Shown here: positions 34,630 through 47,397 of the stretch, piece by piece | How positions within the stretch are numbered: the first letter of the stretch is position 1 | Layout: the number at the start of each line of letters is the position of its first letter | NCBI GenBank assembly: GCA_051942205.1 | Contig: JAVECO010000075.1 | Location: 1 to 64,000 of the forward strand | DNA: 64,000 nucleotides | Direction of reading: 5' to 3' | Source: Coniocarpon cinnabarinum | Lineage: Eukaryota | The notes under the pieces: model-generated | What the model saw: only the letters and a program-made list of their open reading frames with translations | What the model was told of the DNA's origin: nothing | The model's database searches: none | Position numbers and translations under genes: made by a program

Positions 34630-35762
34630 ATGACTGACCTTTCCAAATACAAGTTCCACCATAGTATGATCAGAGTCAAAGATCCTCATACCTCAATCAA
34701 ATTCTATGAATACCTTGGCATGAAACTCATCAACAAGCTTTCGAATCCAGACGCAAATTTTGACTTGTATTTCCTGGCCTACGACGGACCAGGAGCGCCG
34801 TCAAACGGTAATCACTGGACCGACAGAGAAGGAGTCATTGAATTGACACACAATTATGGATCGGAGAACGATCCCGACTTCAAACTCGCCAACGGAAACT
34901 CTGACCCAGGTCGAGGATTCGGTCATCTTTGTGTGTCCGTGGACAATATCCAGGCCGCTTGTCGGCGGCTCGAAGACGCAGGATACAAGTTCCAGAAAAA
35001 GCTGACCGAAGGCCGCATGAGATCGATAGCTTTTGTCTTAGATCCTGATGGTTACTGGGTGGAGATCATTTCGATGAAGCCGGTAGATCAGACGGAAAGC
35101 ATAACTACAACTGACCTCAACTCCTATCGCATGGTGAGGGCCCTCGCTTGGTTCAGAGATCAAAGGCTTATTCCAACCCATTCAGAATCACACGATGATC
35201 CGCGTCAAGGATGCTGGAGAAAGCGTCAAGTTCTATGAAGATAACTTCGGCATGAAGCTCATCTCTACAAGCGCGAATCCTGATGCCAAGTTCAACCTGT
35301 ATTTCCTGGGGTGGGTGCTTGATGAGGGCCCTAGAGCCATCTAAGAAGACGCAAGCTGACGCTGGACAGATATGGTGCAAGTCCTGAAGAGAGCGTCCCG
35401 AACGGCACTAATCCTCGCGCCACGCAGGAGGGCTTGTTGGAGCTCACTTGGAATTACGGGACCGAGAAGGATCCCAACTTCAAATACCACGATGGCAACA
35501 GTGACCCGCAGGGGTTCGGTCACATATGCGTTTCCGTTGACGATCTTGAATATGCGTGTGAGCGGCTTGAGAAGAATGGAGTGGCATTCGCCAAAAAGTT
35601 GAAAGAGGGCAGGATGCACAATATCGCATTTGCCTTGGGTGAGCGCAAAGCGTGTCGCGCGAGGGCCCTGATGTCCACATGCTGACTTCGACAACAGATC
35701 CAAACGGCTACCGCATCGAGGTCATACAGAATGAGAAGCTCAAGGCACGAGCAAATTGGTGA
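34630..35762 (+). CDS. GLO1: Glyoxalase I (lactoylglutathione lyase), two-domain fungal type (4 exons)
   Basis: Duplicated H(S/T)MIRVKD, ELT(H/W)NYG, GFGH(L/I)CVSVD, DP(D/N)GY motifs. Confidence 0.95.
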
Positions 35763-36090
35763 GGCGCCAGCGCTGTTAACGATTTCGCTCAGCCGCATAA
35801 ACATATGCAAAGCCCATGGAACGAGCGGGTGTAAAGTAGTTCTTGATTACCAGCATTGCATACGCACCGAGCCTTCGGAATAACAGCCCCTCAGATACTT
35901 TACCTACTCAATTGAACACCACCTAAAGTTGCGCGCTAGAAGGCTTAGCGTACCAACGGGCGATCCGATCCAGTGACGTCGGTGGTGGATCTGTGCCTGG
36001 GCAGCCGCAGCAGCTTCAGATCGATCTCGAGTACATCCTGCTCCTAAACGTGCACGCGGAAAACCAAGGCATCCATCCATACTCCCTTGC

Positions 36091-37874
36091 ATGACTGCTT
36101 TGTTCTTCCAACCCGTCTGGACTTCGCGCGTCAGAGCTCACTACATTCTCAATCTCTTCTGCAGGCAATTTAGTGCTAGCTCGTCCGTCATGTCCAAGCA
36201 CGAGCGCTCGAGCAGTCAAGATGATGCGCTGCGACACCCTTCCACCAAGCGTGCGAAGGAAGTTGATGCGCACGCGCCCTTTGAAGAACTTCATGCAAGC
36301 CTCGAGACCTCCAAGTCATCTCCAAAGGCTCGCAACGTGCTTCATTGGTTTCGATCCAAGGACCTCCGCATGGAAGACAACAGAGCCTTAGCCGCAGCGT
36401 CGAAAAAGGCCAAGGAAGGGAAGGGCCATCTCATCACCATGTACCTCTTCTCACCAAAAGATATGGACTGGCATGGCACCTCGCCGGCGAGGACGGATTT
36501 CATTCTGCAGTCAATCCAAATTCTGAAAGATGCGCTAGCAGAAAAACATGTTCCTCTGGCCTGTGTCACGGCCGAAGAGCGTGCCGAGAAAGTGGTCGAC
36601 GTGATGCGTTTTGTAAAGGATCATGATATCAGTCATATCTATGCAAATATGGAATACGAAGTCGATGAGCTACGCCGTGACATCAAGCTTGCACACAAGG
36701 TTGCGGACGAGAAAGAGCTCTCCTTTGAGGCCTTGCATGATCAGACGATTTTGAAGCCTGGAGTACTCACCACCGGCGGCGGGAGGCCCCACAAGGTTTT
36801 CACACCATACCATAAGGCATGGTTAGCTGAAGTTTCCAACCAGCCAGATCTGCTTCGGGCAGTCGAGCCGCCCTCCGAAAACAGTCCTTCGGCACAGAAC
36901 GATCTGAAGCCCCTATTTGAGACAAAGGTACCCGATCTGCCCGAAAGCAAGGCGTATGCGTCAAAGGACGACCAGAAGCGCATCCGCAAGCTTTGGCCTC
37001 CAGGCCACAAAGCGGGAATTGAGCGTCTGAATCATTTTCTGGACAAGAAAGTTCAGAACTACATGCGTGATCGCATTGAGCCAATGAAGGACCCATCGTC
37101 TCGACTGTCTCCATATTTCGCGTCTGGTGTCATTTCTATGCGGGAAGCCCTCACGGGAGCGGCCGAGCGCAACGAGACTGGGGCAGATTTTTCCGAGAAT
37201 GGAGATCCGGGAATCTCGAGCTGGGTCCGAGAAGTCGTCTTCCGAGAATTTTATCGTCAGATGCTTGCCATCACACCCCACACCTCCATGAACCTGCCCC
37301 AAAACCTAAAATTTGACTTCGTACACTGGGAAGACGATGAAGAAGGTTGGAAGAAGTGGTGCGATGGAACGACCGGCGTCCCGTTTGTCGACGCCGGCAT
37401 GCGGCAGCTTAAAGCAGAGGCGTACATGCACAACAGGCTACGGATGAATGTTTCGAGCTACCTGCGTACGAACTTGTTGATCGACTATCGGAAAGGAGAA
37501 AGGTTCTTTGCGGAGAATTTGATCGACTGGGATCTAAGCAACAACACGCAAGGGTGGTGAGTTCTCAAAACAAGAGGTGTGGACATGACGTCCACTGTTA
37601 GCAAGCACACTGACACCGATCTAGGGAGCCTAGCTACACCGTGTTCAATCCCGTCTCTCAAGCGGAAAAGTGCGATAAGAATGGCGATTTTATTCGCAAA
37701 TGGGTACCCGAGCTCAAAGACGTGCCAGCAAAGGCAATCTTTGCGCCTCACGACCGACTGGACAAGAAGGAGTTCGAGAAGTTGGGATACCCACGACCAC
37801 ACGTCGACTTCAGTGCGAGCAAGGACCGGGCAATCACAAGGTACAAGCAGGACCTGGCGGATGCTGATCCGTAG
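36091..37874 (+). CDS. Class I CPD photolyase-like flavoprotein, atypical (2 exons)
   Basis: HWFRSKDLRMEDN, VFTPY, SRLSPYFASG, REFYR, GTTGVPFVDAGMRQL, MHNRLRM, FNP...FIRKWVPEL. Intron 37557-37624. Second ATG at 36190. Confidence 0.9.
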
Positions 37875-38861
37875 CGCACTCCACATCAGTGTAGTTGCGC
37901 GTTGCCAGGGGCAGAGACCGTGGAGGAGAGAGAGTGGGACGACGTTGCCATACGAGCGGGAGTCGGAGGGAGGCACGGCAACTTTGGACGATTGGTTAGG
38001 AGGAGGTGGGAAGCGCTGCACGTGATCTGGACCTAGCGGCAAATCCGTGGGCTTGGCGTTTCGCCGACTTGCAGCGCTTTCGTCGTGGACACGTCTCCCT
38101 CCCTCCTCCTCCTTCCCTCCTCTTCACTGCCCCATTGCTGAAACGCTGAACGGGCCTCCATGTCGCTCTGCTGCTCCATGGCGGTTCTGCTGTCGCCTCC
38201 TGTCAAACTGGCCCTTAGCCGCGCGCACTATGTGCAACTTGGCGCTTCGCGGCTCGAGTCTTCCGTGCGAAGATTCCCGCCTGCTGTTTCGACGCATGGA
38301 GCTTGACACCATTGACGCTGGCAAGCATGATACATTCGTCGCCGTTCCCGACTTGACTTTTTCGTCGTCTGTCAATTCTCCGCTCGTGCCACCGCTCGCA
38401 CGACCTCAAGTACGCGATAGGCCTAGAAAACACCTGTTCCCTATATCAATAAAGAGGACACTTTTCATTCCATTGAGCTGTTCACCCACGTCATACCCTT
38501 GAATATCGCCCATTTGCCAATTGTCATCAGTCAGATACATTGCCGTTCTCAGCCTCCCTCCATTGGCCTGTGTGCTTCAGCGAAGCCCAGCTCTGCTGCC
38601 AAGGGTGCCAGCTGTATAGACGTCACTCCTTCGCACAGCCCTCCCAACCGTCTACTGCTATGGTGTCGTCACGTTAGATACCACTTCCCCGGACATCTGC
38701 TTCTGACTGATGTCTCTGGCTCCGTCGGCGCAGACGTTCGCTCTACTTGCAGTCACTTACGATCGTTTACTTTGTGGTGGTGGCCTCGCGAAAGGGACCG
38801 CTCTTAGAGCGCGTCTCTCTTTCGTTGGTGCTCCACTGAGGGGGTCCGGCGCGTGCTTGTC

Positions 38862-40440
38862 ATGAGTGCGACGGACTCGTATGTTTCTTCGGTAATTAGC
38901 GAAGGTCAGGCTCGACACTATCATTACCAAACCTGGGACCACATTGTAAGACGAGAGAGCAACACTGCCCGTGACTCTAGAACGCTCATTGACAAGCTTC
39001 GTGCAGAATCTTGATGACTTCCATGCTTCTAGCTGCTGGCAAGGGTTCTCATACGCCTACTTGTGGCTCACTAATATCATCTCTATTGCTGCCTATGCCG
39101 CCGACACCTATACCGCCATTGTTCTGGTCTTCTACAATCGTTGGCCTGGCGAGGTCAAGCCAACCATCTCTTTCGCTGTCAGCCGCTGGATATTCTTCGC
39201 TTGTATCATGATATCTTTCTTTCTACTCGCTTTCAAATGGATGCGTGCTTACATTGTCATGCGGCACAACTCAATCGCCAAAGACTATCTCGATCCTCTG
39301 GCGGCCACATGGCTATCGCTCCGCAGCTTTCAACGCTTTTTGGTCTTTGCAGCCTTGACCGAGAGTCGCAATAGCGAAGACTACATGGCTCTATTCACAT
39401 ACTTTGCTTTCAAGGGTGCCGTCGAAACCATAGTAGCTAACGGTCCGCGTCAGTGCATTAACGCCATCACACTTTACGCGTTCATCAATCAATCACTCCT
39501 CCCAAAGGGCGCTCCAGAGAACGCAAACACGTTCTTCAGTAACATGCGAATTTTATTTCAAGACCAGTCTGAGCATGCTATCATCCTCTTCACCATGTTA
39601 TTCACGCTCGTCGTCTGGGCATTTTCTATGGCGTCTCTTACAACCGCTGCAAGCACATATGTTGGATACCTCTGTCATCAAGTCGACTCACATCTTTCAC
39701 GATACTGTGCTCGCAAAATCGAGAAGCGTCTGCGCAGACTCCTTAATCAGCCTACGTCCGAAAGTCTGAAAGATGAAGACCGTGAGCTTATCCAGGCGAT
39801 GCAAGAGGGGAGGTCTGCTCGCTGGTCCAGAAACGACGGAATGTCTTATATGGATGATCATCGACGGCAAAAGCTAGGCCCACAGCCCACACTACCTTGC
39901 ATCTCGGAATACCCCGTGGACTCTCCCTACGGTTGGGGCCCTGGGCCCAGTCCCAGCACGTCCTCCTTCTCGTCGCGCTGCTCGACATGCTCCCGCTCCC
40001 GCTCTTCTTACTCTTCTTTCTGCTCTTGCTCGTCATATACGTCGTCCTCTGGGAATACTAATCCCCTCCCGTTTCGACATCAGAACCGTCGCAGATCGCG
40101 CCTCTCGAAACTCTATCCTCACGTTCCCCCGCCGTTTCACCAGCCACCCACACATGGTCGATACGGGCAGTCGCTGCGCCAGTCTTCCCGGGAGCCTCGT
40201 TCGAAGATACATCCGGTGCCGTTGGAAATGCGCACAAAGCCCGAGCCTGGCGTGCCCATGGGTCGGTACAAGCCCCCGCCAGGCAAAATACCCGTGAAGG
40301 TGGTGCCGGGTCCCATGTACGGTGGATGGGGACAAAGGGACGATGGACCTGTTGGTGGTTTGGACAGAGACCCAGCGGGTCATGTCGGCCAGCCAGCCTA
40401 TTTGGACGCAAAATATATGGAGTCGATCGGTGTACGGTAA
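38862..40440 (+). CDS. Kch1/Prm6-family low-affinity K+ transporter-like membrane protein (2 exons)
   Basis: QTWDHI|NLDDF, DTYTA, RWPGEVKP, SRWIF, FLVFAALT, ALFTYF, GPRQCINAITL, LSRYCARKI, followed by a disordered tail with QPTLP. Confidence 0.8.
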
Positions 40441-41399
40441 TACTTTGGGAGGCCGATTGCCGGCTATTGTACAACATCGGATTCTCGGAGAGAACATGAT
40501 TAGTGTAATTGTGAAGAGACGCAGTGCGATGGGAAAGCGCACTACGAAGTTCATGTCTATATCGATACCATCATGATTGCGACGACTGAGTCGAATAGCA
40601 CTATGTTCCGTGCTGGGCCACGGAACACCACTTACTCGACTGTATTCCTCGGGGCGATTTTGAATGGCTACATGACCAGGTTTGATTCATCATGGACAAG
40701 CTTGGTAACGTTCACGACGAGCCGACACGCACCATTGATCACATGGTAGGCTGGCTCGGATAGAGTTGTGCTTCACGAGTAGTCCCACGATTGTTCACGC
40801 TGTCGGACACGGGCTGTAACGAGCCCCTGTTGCAACGCGGAGGCCTGACCTTGTCCCTCGCTTGACAAATGATGCGTGCGTGTATAGCTGTGACCTGAGC
40901 CAGTCATCGAGCGTGCACTCTGCCACTGCTTTTGATCAAAATTTTTGGTGCAAGTGCGCCATGTTCATTAGCGAATGCTCATGGCTTCCATTTGGCAGGC
41001 CTTTTGGGCACTTCTCGTCATCCTGTTCGCCATCCTGTAACGGGCTACCTGATGCCTAGTATAGAATTTGTTGCCGCCGGATCAGTCCCAGGTCAATTCT
41101 GCACGCGAAGACGCTTATCCATGATTTCATAGTCAAGCCTTATGGTCCCACGGTCGGCCCACAGAATGGTGGTGAAGCCTTCAAGGACGACTAAGAGGTG
41201 CCCGATACTTGACAGCTAGGCTTGTGGCAATATCGTCGTAGCGGTGGTGCACTTGAAGAGTCGACATTGCATTACATATGTACATTTTGGTGACAAGATC
41301 AGCTTTGTGCTCCATCTCGGATAGCAAATTATGGACCTCGGCACGTGCTTCTCTGGAGAACCGCGTTCGCCATTTTCATGCTCCCTAATGGCAAGTACC

Positions 41400-43793
41400 T
41401 CATACGCTCGGTCCAGCTTTGATGACCTCTGGCGTGGCCTCTGACTCATACCTGCAACGCATCGTTAGCATGATCTGCAGAAAGAAGAGAACGGGAAGTA
41501 CGGCTCACTTCTTGAAATTGTCCATGAACAGGCTTCCCAGTTTGGTTACCTCCTCCTTGAAATCCGCGCTTCCCGTCCAGCTCTTCTTCGGGTTCAAAAG
41601 CTCATCCGGAACATTGGTGCATGTCTTGGGCACGCTGAGATTGAACGTCTCGTATGTCTCAAACTCTGCCTTGGCAAGCTCACCACTGTGAATCGCATCG
41701 AGAATGGCTCGGGTATACTTCAACGGACAGCGCTTGCCGCCCGTGGTCGCACCGGCACCTACCCAGCCGGTGTTGAGGAGCCACGCATTGGCATTGTGGT
41801 GAGTGATCTTGTCAGCAAGCATCTTTGCGTAACGCATGGGGTGCAGTGCCAGGAAAGGTTGAGCGAAACATGAAGAGAACGTTGCTTGGGGCTCAGTCAC
41901 GCCATCTTCTGTGCCAGCCATCTTCGAGGTATATCCCGAAATGAAGTGGAACATGGTCTGGCTCGAATCGAGCTTGGAGATGGGAGGCAGCACGCCTCGG
42001 GCGTCACATGTAAGGAGGACGATGTTCGTTGGATGGTTGTCGGTGATGCATGGAATCTTCGTGTTCTCAATGTATTCGATGGGATATGCACAGCGTGTGT
42101 TTTCGGTGAGCGTGCTGTCATCATAGTCCACAACTCGAGTCACTGGGTCGAACACGACATTCTCGAGAATGGAACCAAACTTGATCGCGTTGAAGATGTC
42201 GGGTTCCTTCTCCGCAGACAGCCCAATGCACTTGGCGTAGCACCCGCCTTCAATGTTGAACACGCCTCGGTCTGACCAACAGTGTTCATCGTCACCAATT
42301 AGAGCACGCTTGGGATCTGCCGACAAGGTCGTCTTGCCTGTGCCGGAAAGCCCAAAGAAGACCGTGACATCGTTTGTTTGGCCGATGTTCGCAGAGGAGT
42401 GGAGCGTGAGGACATTGTGCTTGACCGGCATTTCGTAAAACAAGACGGTGAAGATGCCTTTCTTCATCTCCCCTGCGTACTCGGTGCCCAGAATCACCAT
42501 CTCCTTCTCAGAGAAGTTGATGGCCACAGACGTGGCGGACGTCATACCGGTCGTGAACCTGTTGGCTGGGAAGGCGCCGGCATTGTAGATGATGTAGTCG
42601 GGATGGAAGCCTTCGAGCTCTTGCCGCGAAGGGCGTATCAACATATTGCGCATGAACAGAGCGTGGTAGGCGCGCGCGCAAATAACGCGCACATTGATCC
42701 TGTATCGCTCGTCCCAGCCAGCGAAGCCGTCGACGACGTAGATGCGATTTCGAGTATTGAGATAGTCGACCGCTCGTTCGCGGTTGATGCGCCATACCTG
42801 GTCTCTGGTCAGCGCCCTTGACACTGCATACTCTATGATCGCTGACTGATGGGTAATGTGCAGATCCGAGCAGGCCAGGACCCGAGCTATCGCCGGGCAA
42901 GATCTGAGCTGGACCATCACGTGATAGCGTGGGGCTGACGGGCGACGCCGCCAGGTGCGGGGTCAAAGAGACACGTGACACGATGCACGATTCGCTCGGC
43001 CAGGGTGCCCCCTCCTGGCGTCTCTTCTCTTGACTTTGGCTTTGCCGCGGGTATCGGTCGGCTCGGCGGAGCTGACTGTGGCGGGCACCTTGGGCTCGTG
43101 TGCGGTCTGTGCGGTCCTCATGGGCAGTGAATGCTGAGACGCGTGGATGTGCTGGGGCATGCAGCTGGGGAGGGAGAGACAGGGCACGCACCGCAGGATC
43201 CATTGGCTTGTTGACGGGGCCCCACCACACATCCTGAGACGAGTGCTCTTCTTTCACGATGCGCTTGTCGGACGGCGAGCGCCCGGTCTTTGCTCCCGAG
43301 TATGCTGACAAGGCCCCCGACGATGTGATGGCCGAGCCGGACTCGTACACCAGGGCATCTTCGTAGAGAGCAGCCACGGACGGATTGGCAATCTGTCGAA
43401 ACGGTCAGACGTCTGCTGCTGCTGCAAGCGCTAGTCATGCTGCACGTACAATGGCCACGCGGTCGTAGTCGATGTGTGACTTCTCATGCAGTTCCTCTTC
43501 GAGCTCAGTGTGCTCCGCTTGAGGCCTGGCAGGCGTGCGTGTTAGCAGAGGAGAGACAAGCTCCTTGGCAAATGCATCCGACGAGCGTACTGTACACCGC
43601 TGGGATAGAGCGAGGTCCTGTTCACGCTGCTTCCGGAGACCATGGTCGGAGCGGAGCTTCTGAGCGACGACGAGTGAAAATTGCCCTGCTCTTGTTTCGT
43701 GGCCTGTTGTCTGATGAAGTCGTCCTGCAGTGCGGATGCTTGAGTGCGTGGCTCAGCCTCCTTATTAGTAGTCCCAGACATTGCCTGCGACAT
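41400..43793 (-). CDS. PCK1: Phosphoenolpyruvate carboxykinase (ATP) (5 exons)
   Basis: [59 protein letters not shown]. Long 394-nt intron at 42798-43191. Start at 43793 or 43781. Confidence 0.95.
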
Positions 43794-44236
43794 GCTCGGG
43801 AGTCAAATGCAATCGAAGCTCGTGAGTGGAGGAGCCCGGCAGAGACGTCCAGGTCGGAGACGATGCTAGCGCCAGAAATGGTGCTGTCAATGGCTGTTTT
43901 GGGCCTGCGATTGGAGCGCGCGTGCCTGGAAAAGTGCCGAGGGAACAGCCTGCACAAAGCCTCCCTCCCTGCTTTCCCCGATCCTGCTCGACACCGGCGA
44001 TGATGCTCCTTGTCTCAGAGCGCACGACGGCAATTTTTCGGATCGTGATCCGCGAGACTGCGCCACTTGAGGCGAGCAGAACATACGTGCACGTGCAGAC
44101 ATACGATGGCTCTCGGGAGATCAAGACGTGCAATACTTCAGGTAACGTGATGATGATGCGTTTCAGTATTTGAGCACCAGTCTAGGACAAAATGCAGAGA
44201 CATGTTGCAATGGGAGCGTCTGCGGACACTCGCCTT

Positions 44237-46242
44237 TCAAGTCTCTCCCGGAAGGCGGATCTCATGCCCATTGCCTTCGTAAACTAGCCAGCTCGCTCCA
44301 AATGCCAGGATTGATTCTAGACACAACGACCAGAAGCCCAAGCCCACATATCCCTGATGCAACCCGAATCCATAAAGCGTACTCCACACGACAGGTCCTA
44401 ATGTTCGTGCACCGGCACTGACGCTTTGACCCAGACCATGGACCGAGGAGAGGACCGACGGGTGCGGACTGCAGTTATTGACGAGTATCTGTGTGATGGG
44501 TAAGCTGAATGTTCGGCCGGCTACAACCACGAATAGCAGCGACGAGATGCCTATCCAGACCCAGGGACCATCGGCAGCGTGTGGTGGCGCATGCTTGGTA
44601 GGAAGCATTACAAGAAACGGTATGGCGGTATACGTCAGTGGGAAAAGCAAGAGTGCGTATCTGTACTGGAGACTTTCCGTCAGCATTACTCCACGTTCTC
44701 CTCTGTAGCCAGAATAGCAAACACGCACCGTCTTAATGATACCCAAACTGTGCGTCACTCTTGTGTATACACCGAACTGCATGCACAGGCCTATGGCTCC
44801 GATGATGCCTAAAGCAAATCCAATTGTCGACGGGGAGAGACCGAGGCCGCCCGTGAAATGGAATGGTAGTGTCTGTGGTGCTCGACCCACATCTGATGGG
44901 TGCTCTCTGTCATATCGAGGTGTGGACAGAAATAGAAAATACATGTTGTGGAAAGCCCCAAGGTGGCCAGCCAATAGCCCATGAACCATGAATGTGCAGA
45001 CAACATTGCGCGTAAAAATCTGTCCATACGGCAGGTTCGGTCGTTGACTGGCAGACACCTTCGTCGTCCTGCTGGTCGCACCCACACGGTTTTCCAATTC
45101 TACGGAGGTTTCTTCGTCGTCGTGGAGCTTTGAGTACTCGTAAGATCTGCGACCGAGTATGACTTGCCTCAGTCCTCTGAGTAAGCCTTCTTTCAAGGCA
45201 ATGCCATAGTCAAGGGCGCCCTTACGGTCGACATGAGTCTGAGCATCATCAGTAAGCATGTGGTGCACTGCGGAAGACGACGACATACCTCCTCCAGGCA
45301 CAATACAACCAGCAATATCGAACTAAGAAGGAACAGGGCAGACACGAGGTTTGGTAATGCATATGGGAATTGAGTCATCCATTTCACACCATTCTTGCCT
45401 CCGAGCACAGAAGCCGGCCCAAACACCTTAGGAAAGGTATGTATCGGGTCCTGCAACCAGCCACCTAAAAGTGGACCTACCAGAACGCCCACGTTGAACG
45501 TGACTGGCATAATAAGAAATGCTTTGGTTTGATATTTCTTTTCCACGATTAGTTCTGATATCATCGTTCTCATGACCCCTACGTTGCCGTTCAACGCTCC
45601 ACCCAGGCTTCGAAAGAAAATCGCCGACAAGAGATTCCTCGAAAAGCCGAACCCTATGCTCGAGACGAAGGTGCCGATGAGGCCAATGATCAAAACATTC
45701 TTTCGGCCCATCCACGCTTTGTCTGCCAATCGGCCCCACAGGACTGCAGTCAGACATTGAGCGAAGGTAAAACTGCCTGCTAAGAGGCCAGCCTGTGAAG
45801 ATATCCTCGAATCAGGCAGAGTCGTGTCGAAGGATTTGAGCATGAAGAACATGTAAGACGCAAGGGATGTCTGGACGATGGGTTCTGCTAACCGCGCCAA
45901 AGTGAGTATGAACAGCTGATCCTTTTTGGGCAGAGAAGACCAAGCAATAGGGCCTTGCCCTTCATTCTGCAGCGGCGAGGCACGATCACCGTCATCGTCT
46001 CTCACACTCTGGCCGGCAGTGGACTCTTTATCTGCATGTGCAGGTGAAGCATCACCACCAACAGGTTGGCCGGAGTCGTTATCGTCGACCTTACTCTCGC
46101 GGCGTCTCGAATCTTGGAGGGATCCCTGCACCCCCGAAAGATAGATGAGGGCATCTCTGTCGTCGCTGATCCGAGACTCGACTCCAGCGTTGGAAATCCG
46201 TGGAGCGTTGGGCAAGGAGGAAGCCTGCAGGCGGAGAGACAT
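44237..46242 (-). CDS. Major facilitator superfamily transporter (YCR023C/ZIFL-like; 3 exons)
   Basis: WSSLPKKDQL, ARLAEPI, WGRLAD...GRK motif A, GALNGNVGVMRTM, multiple TM helices, ARTLGP. Confidence 0.9.
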
Positions 46243-46328
46243 GGGCCGCCAAGACTCATCGAGCCTCCAGAGTCGATATTATCGTTGTCACTCTGTTCTT
46301 GGCCCGCCTGCCCCACCTCGCCACGTCC

Positions 46329-46371
46329 GAATGTATGGAATGTGTGGAATGTGTGGAATGTGTGGAATGTG
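46329..46371. repeat. 9-bp tandem repeat (GGAATGTGT) x ~4.8; reads CATTCC on the minus strand
   Basis: GGAATG at 46337, 46346, 46355 and 46364, plus a variant CGAATG at 46328. Confidence 0.9.
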
Positions 46372-47397
46372 CAAAAAGTGTGGCGGCATGGGGGATGTCT
46401 CTTTAGAGTAGAGTGGAGGAGATTGAGCCACTGGCGGTCGGAAGCGTGAGCGTATGCTGATTCCGAGATTTCATCTTCACACCAATGCCAGTGGACTCGC
46501 TAAATCGACCTGCACTGCAAGTGGTGTGCCTCGGCCTGAGAAGGCGCCGAGCTCGCCCACAGTCACAAGATTGTTGACACCCAGACAGGATGACAACTTG
46601 ACCTGCCACCGAAGCATCAGACTTGCCGTCGTCCAGCCGACAGCCTGAACCCTCTTCGCGATGAACATGAACATGAACACAAGGCCGGGCTTCAAGCATG
46701 GACGGATCCGTCTCCCCACCAGAGGGACATGCACATCGCTTGAGAGGTGTCAAGATGGGATCGATCAAGGAATGCGCTCGCGCTCGCCTGCCATTCAGGT
46801 CAAGTAAGGCGCTGCCGCAGCGACCAGAGCCAACATCCAACGTGTGCTCTACGAAAGAGCAGAGTACAAGGAAGGAAGCGAGCAAGCGGCCGTACATCAG
46901 CCATCCGATGTTTCGGTGACAAGGCAACCCTTGGATTCTTCTGCTTTGCACGGGCAAGAGAGAGGTGTGTAAGGTAAGGTACCTCAGGTATCTTCCGTCA
47001 CGTTGCGTGCAAGCAGGGACGTTCCGGTGTGACGCCTTTTGACACACTAGCCGTGTTTCACGCTTGTCCCAATCTGGGCAGAGCCGGCAGATCATCTGAA
47101 TCCAAAACAGCTCACCTGCGTTTTTCTTTTTTTCTTTTCTTCGGTCGTCGTAGCAGCTCTCTCATCTCTCGCGTATTTGCTCAGTCTCCTACCGCATCTT
47201 TCCCACTTTGCGCCCATCCTTGCCGTCTCTGTGCCATTCTGCAGGGATTCGACGCTCCTCTACATTGTTCTTTCCATTCATCGCCTCGCACCTCGACTCA
47301 CCCGTCCTCGGTCGCATTCTATCCCGCTACGCCTTCGCACATACATTGCAGCGTCCAGCTTCTCGCCACCGTCTCAAAACCAACGCAGCATTAGAAA

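Noticed and set aside
44028..44052. CGG triplets upstream of PEPCK as an AcuK/AcuM (CCG-N7-CCG) site
   Set aside because: Spacing is N8 rather than N7; could be another Zn2Cys6 site but unsupported.
46403..47095. 230-aa minus-strand ORF
   Set aside because: Cys/Arg-rich, non-protein-like composition in the MFS/epimerase divergent promoter; likely spurious.
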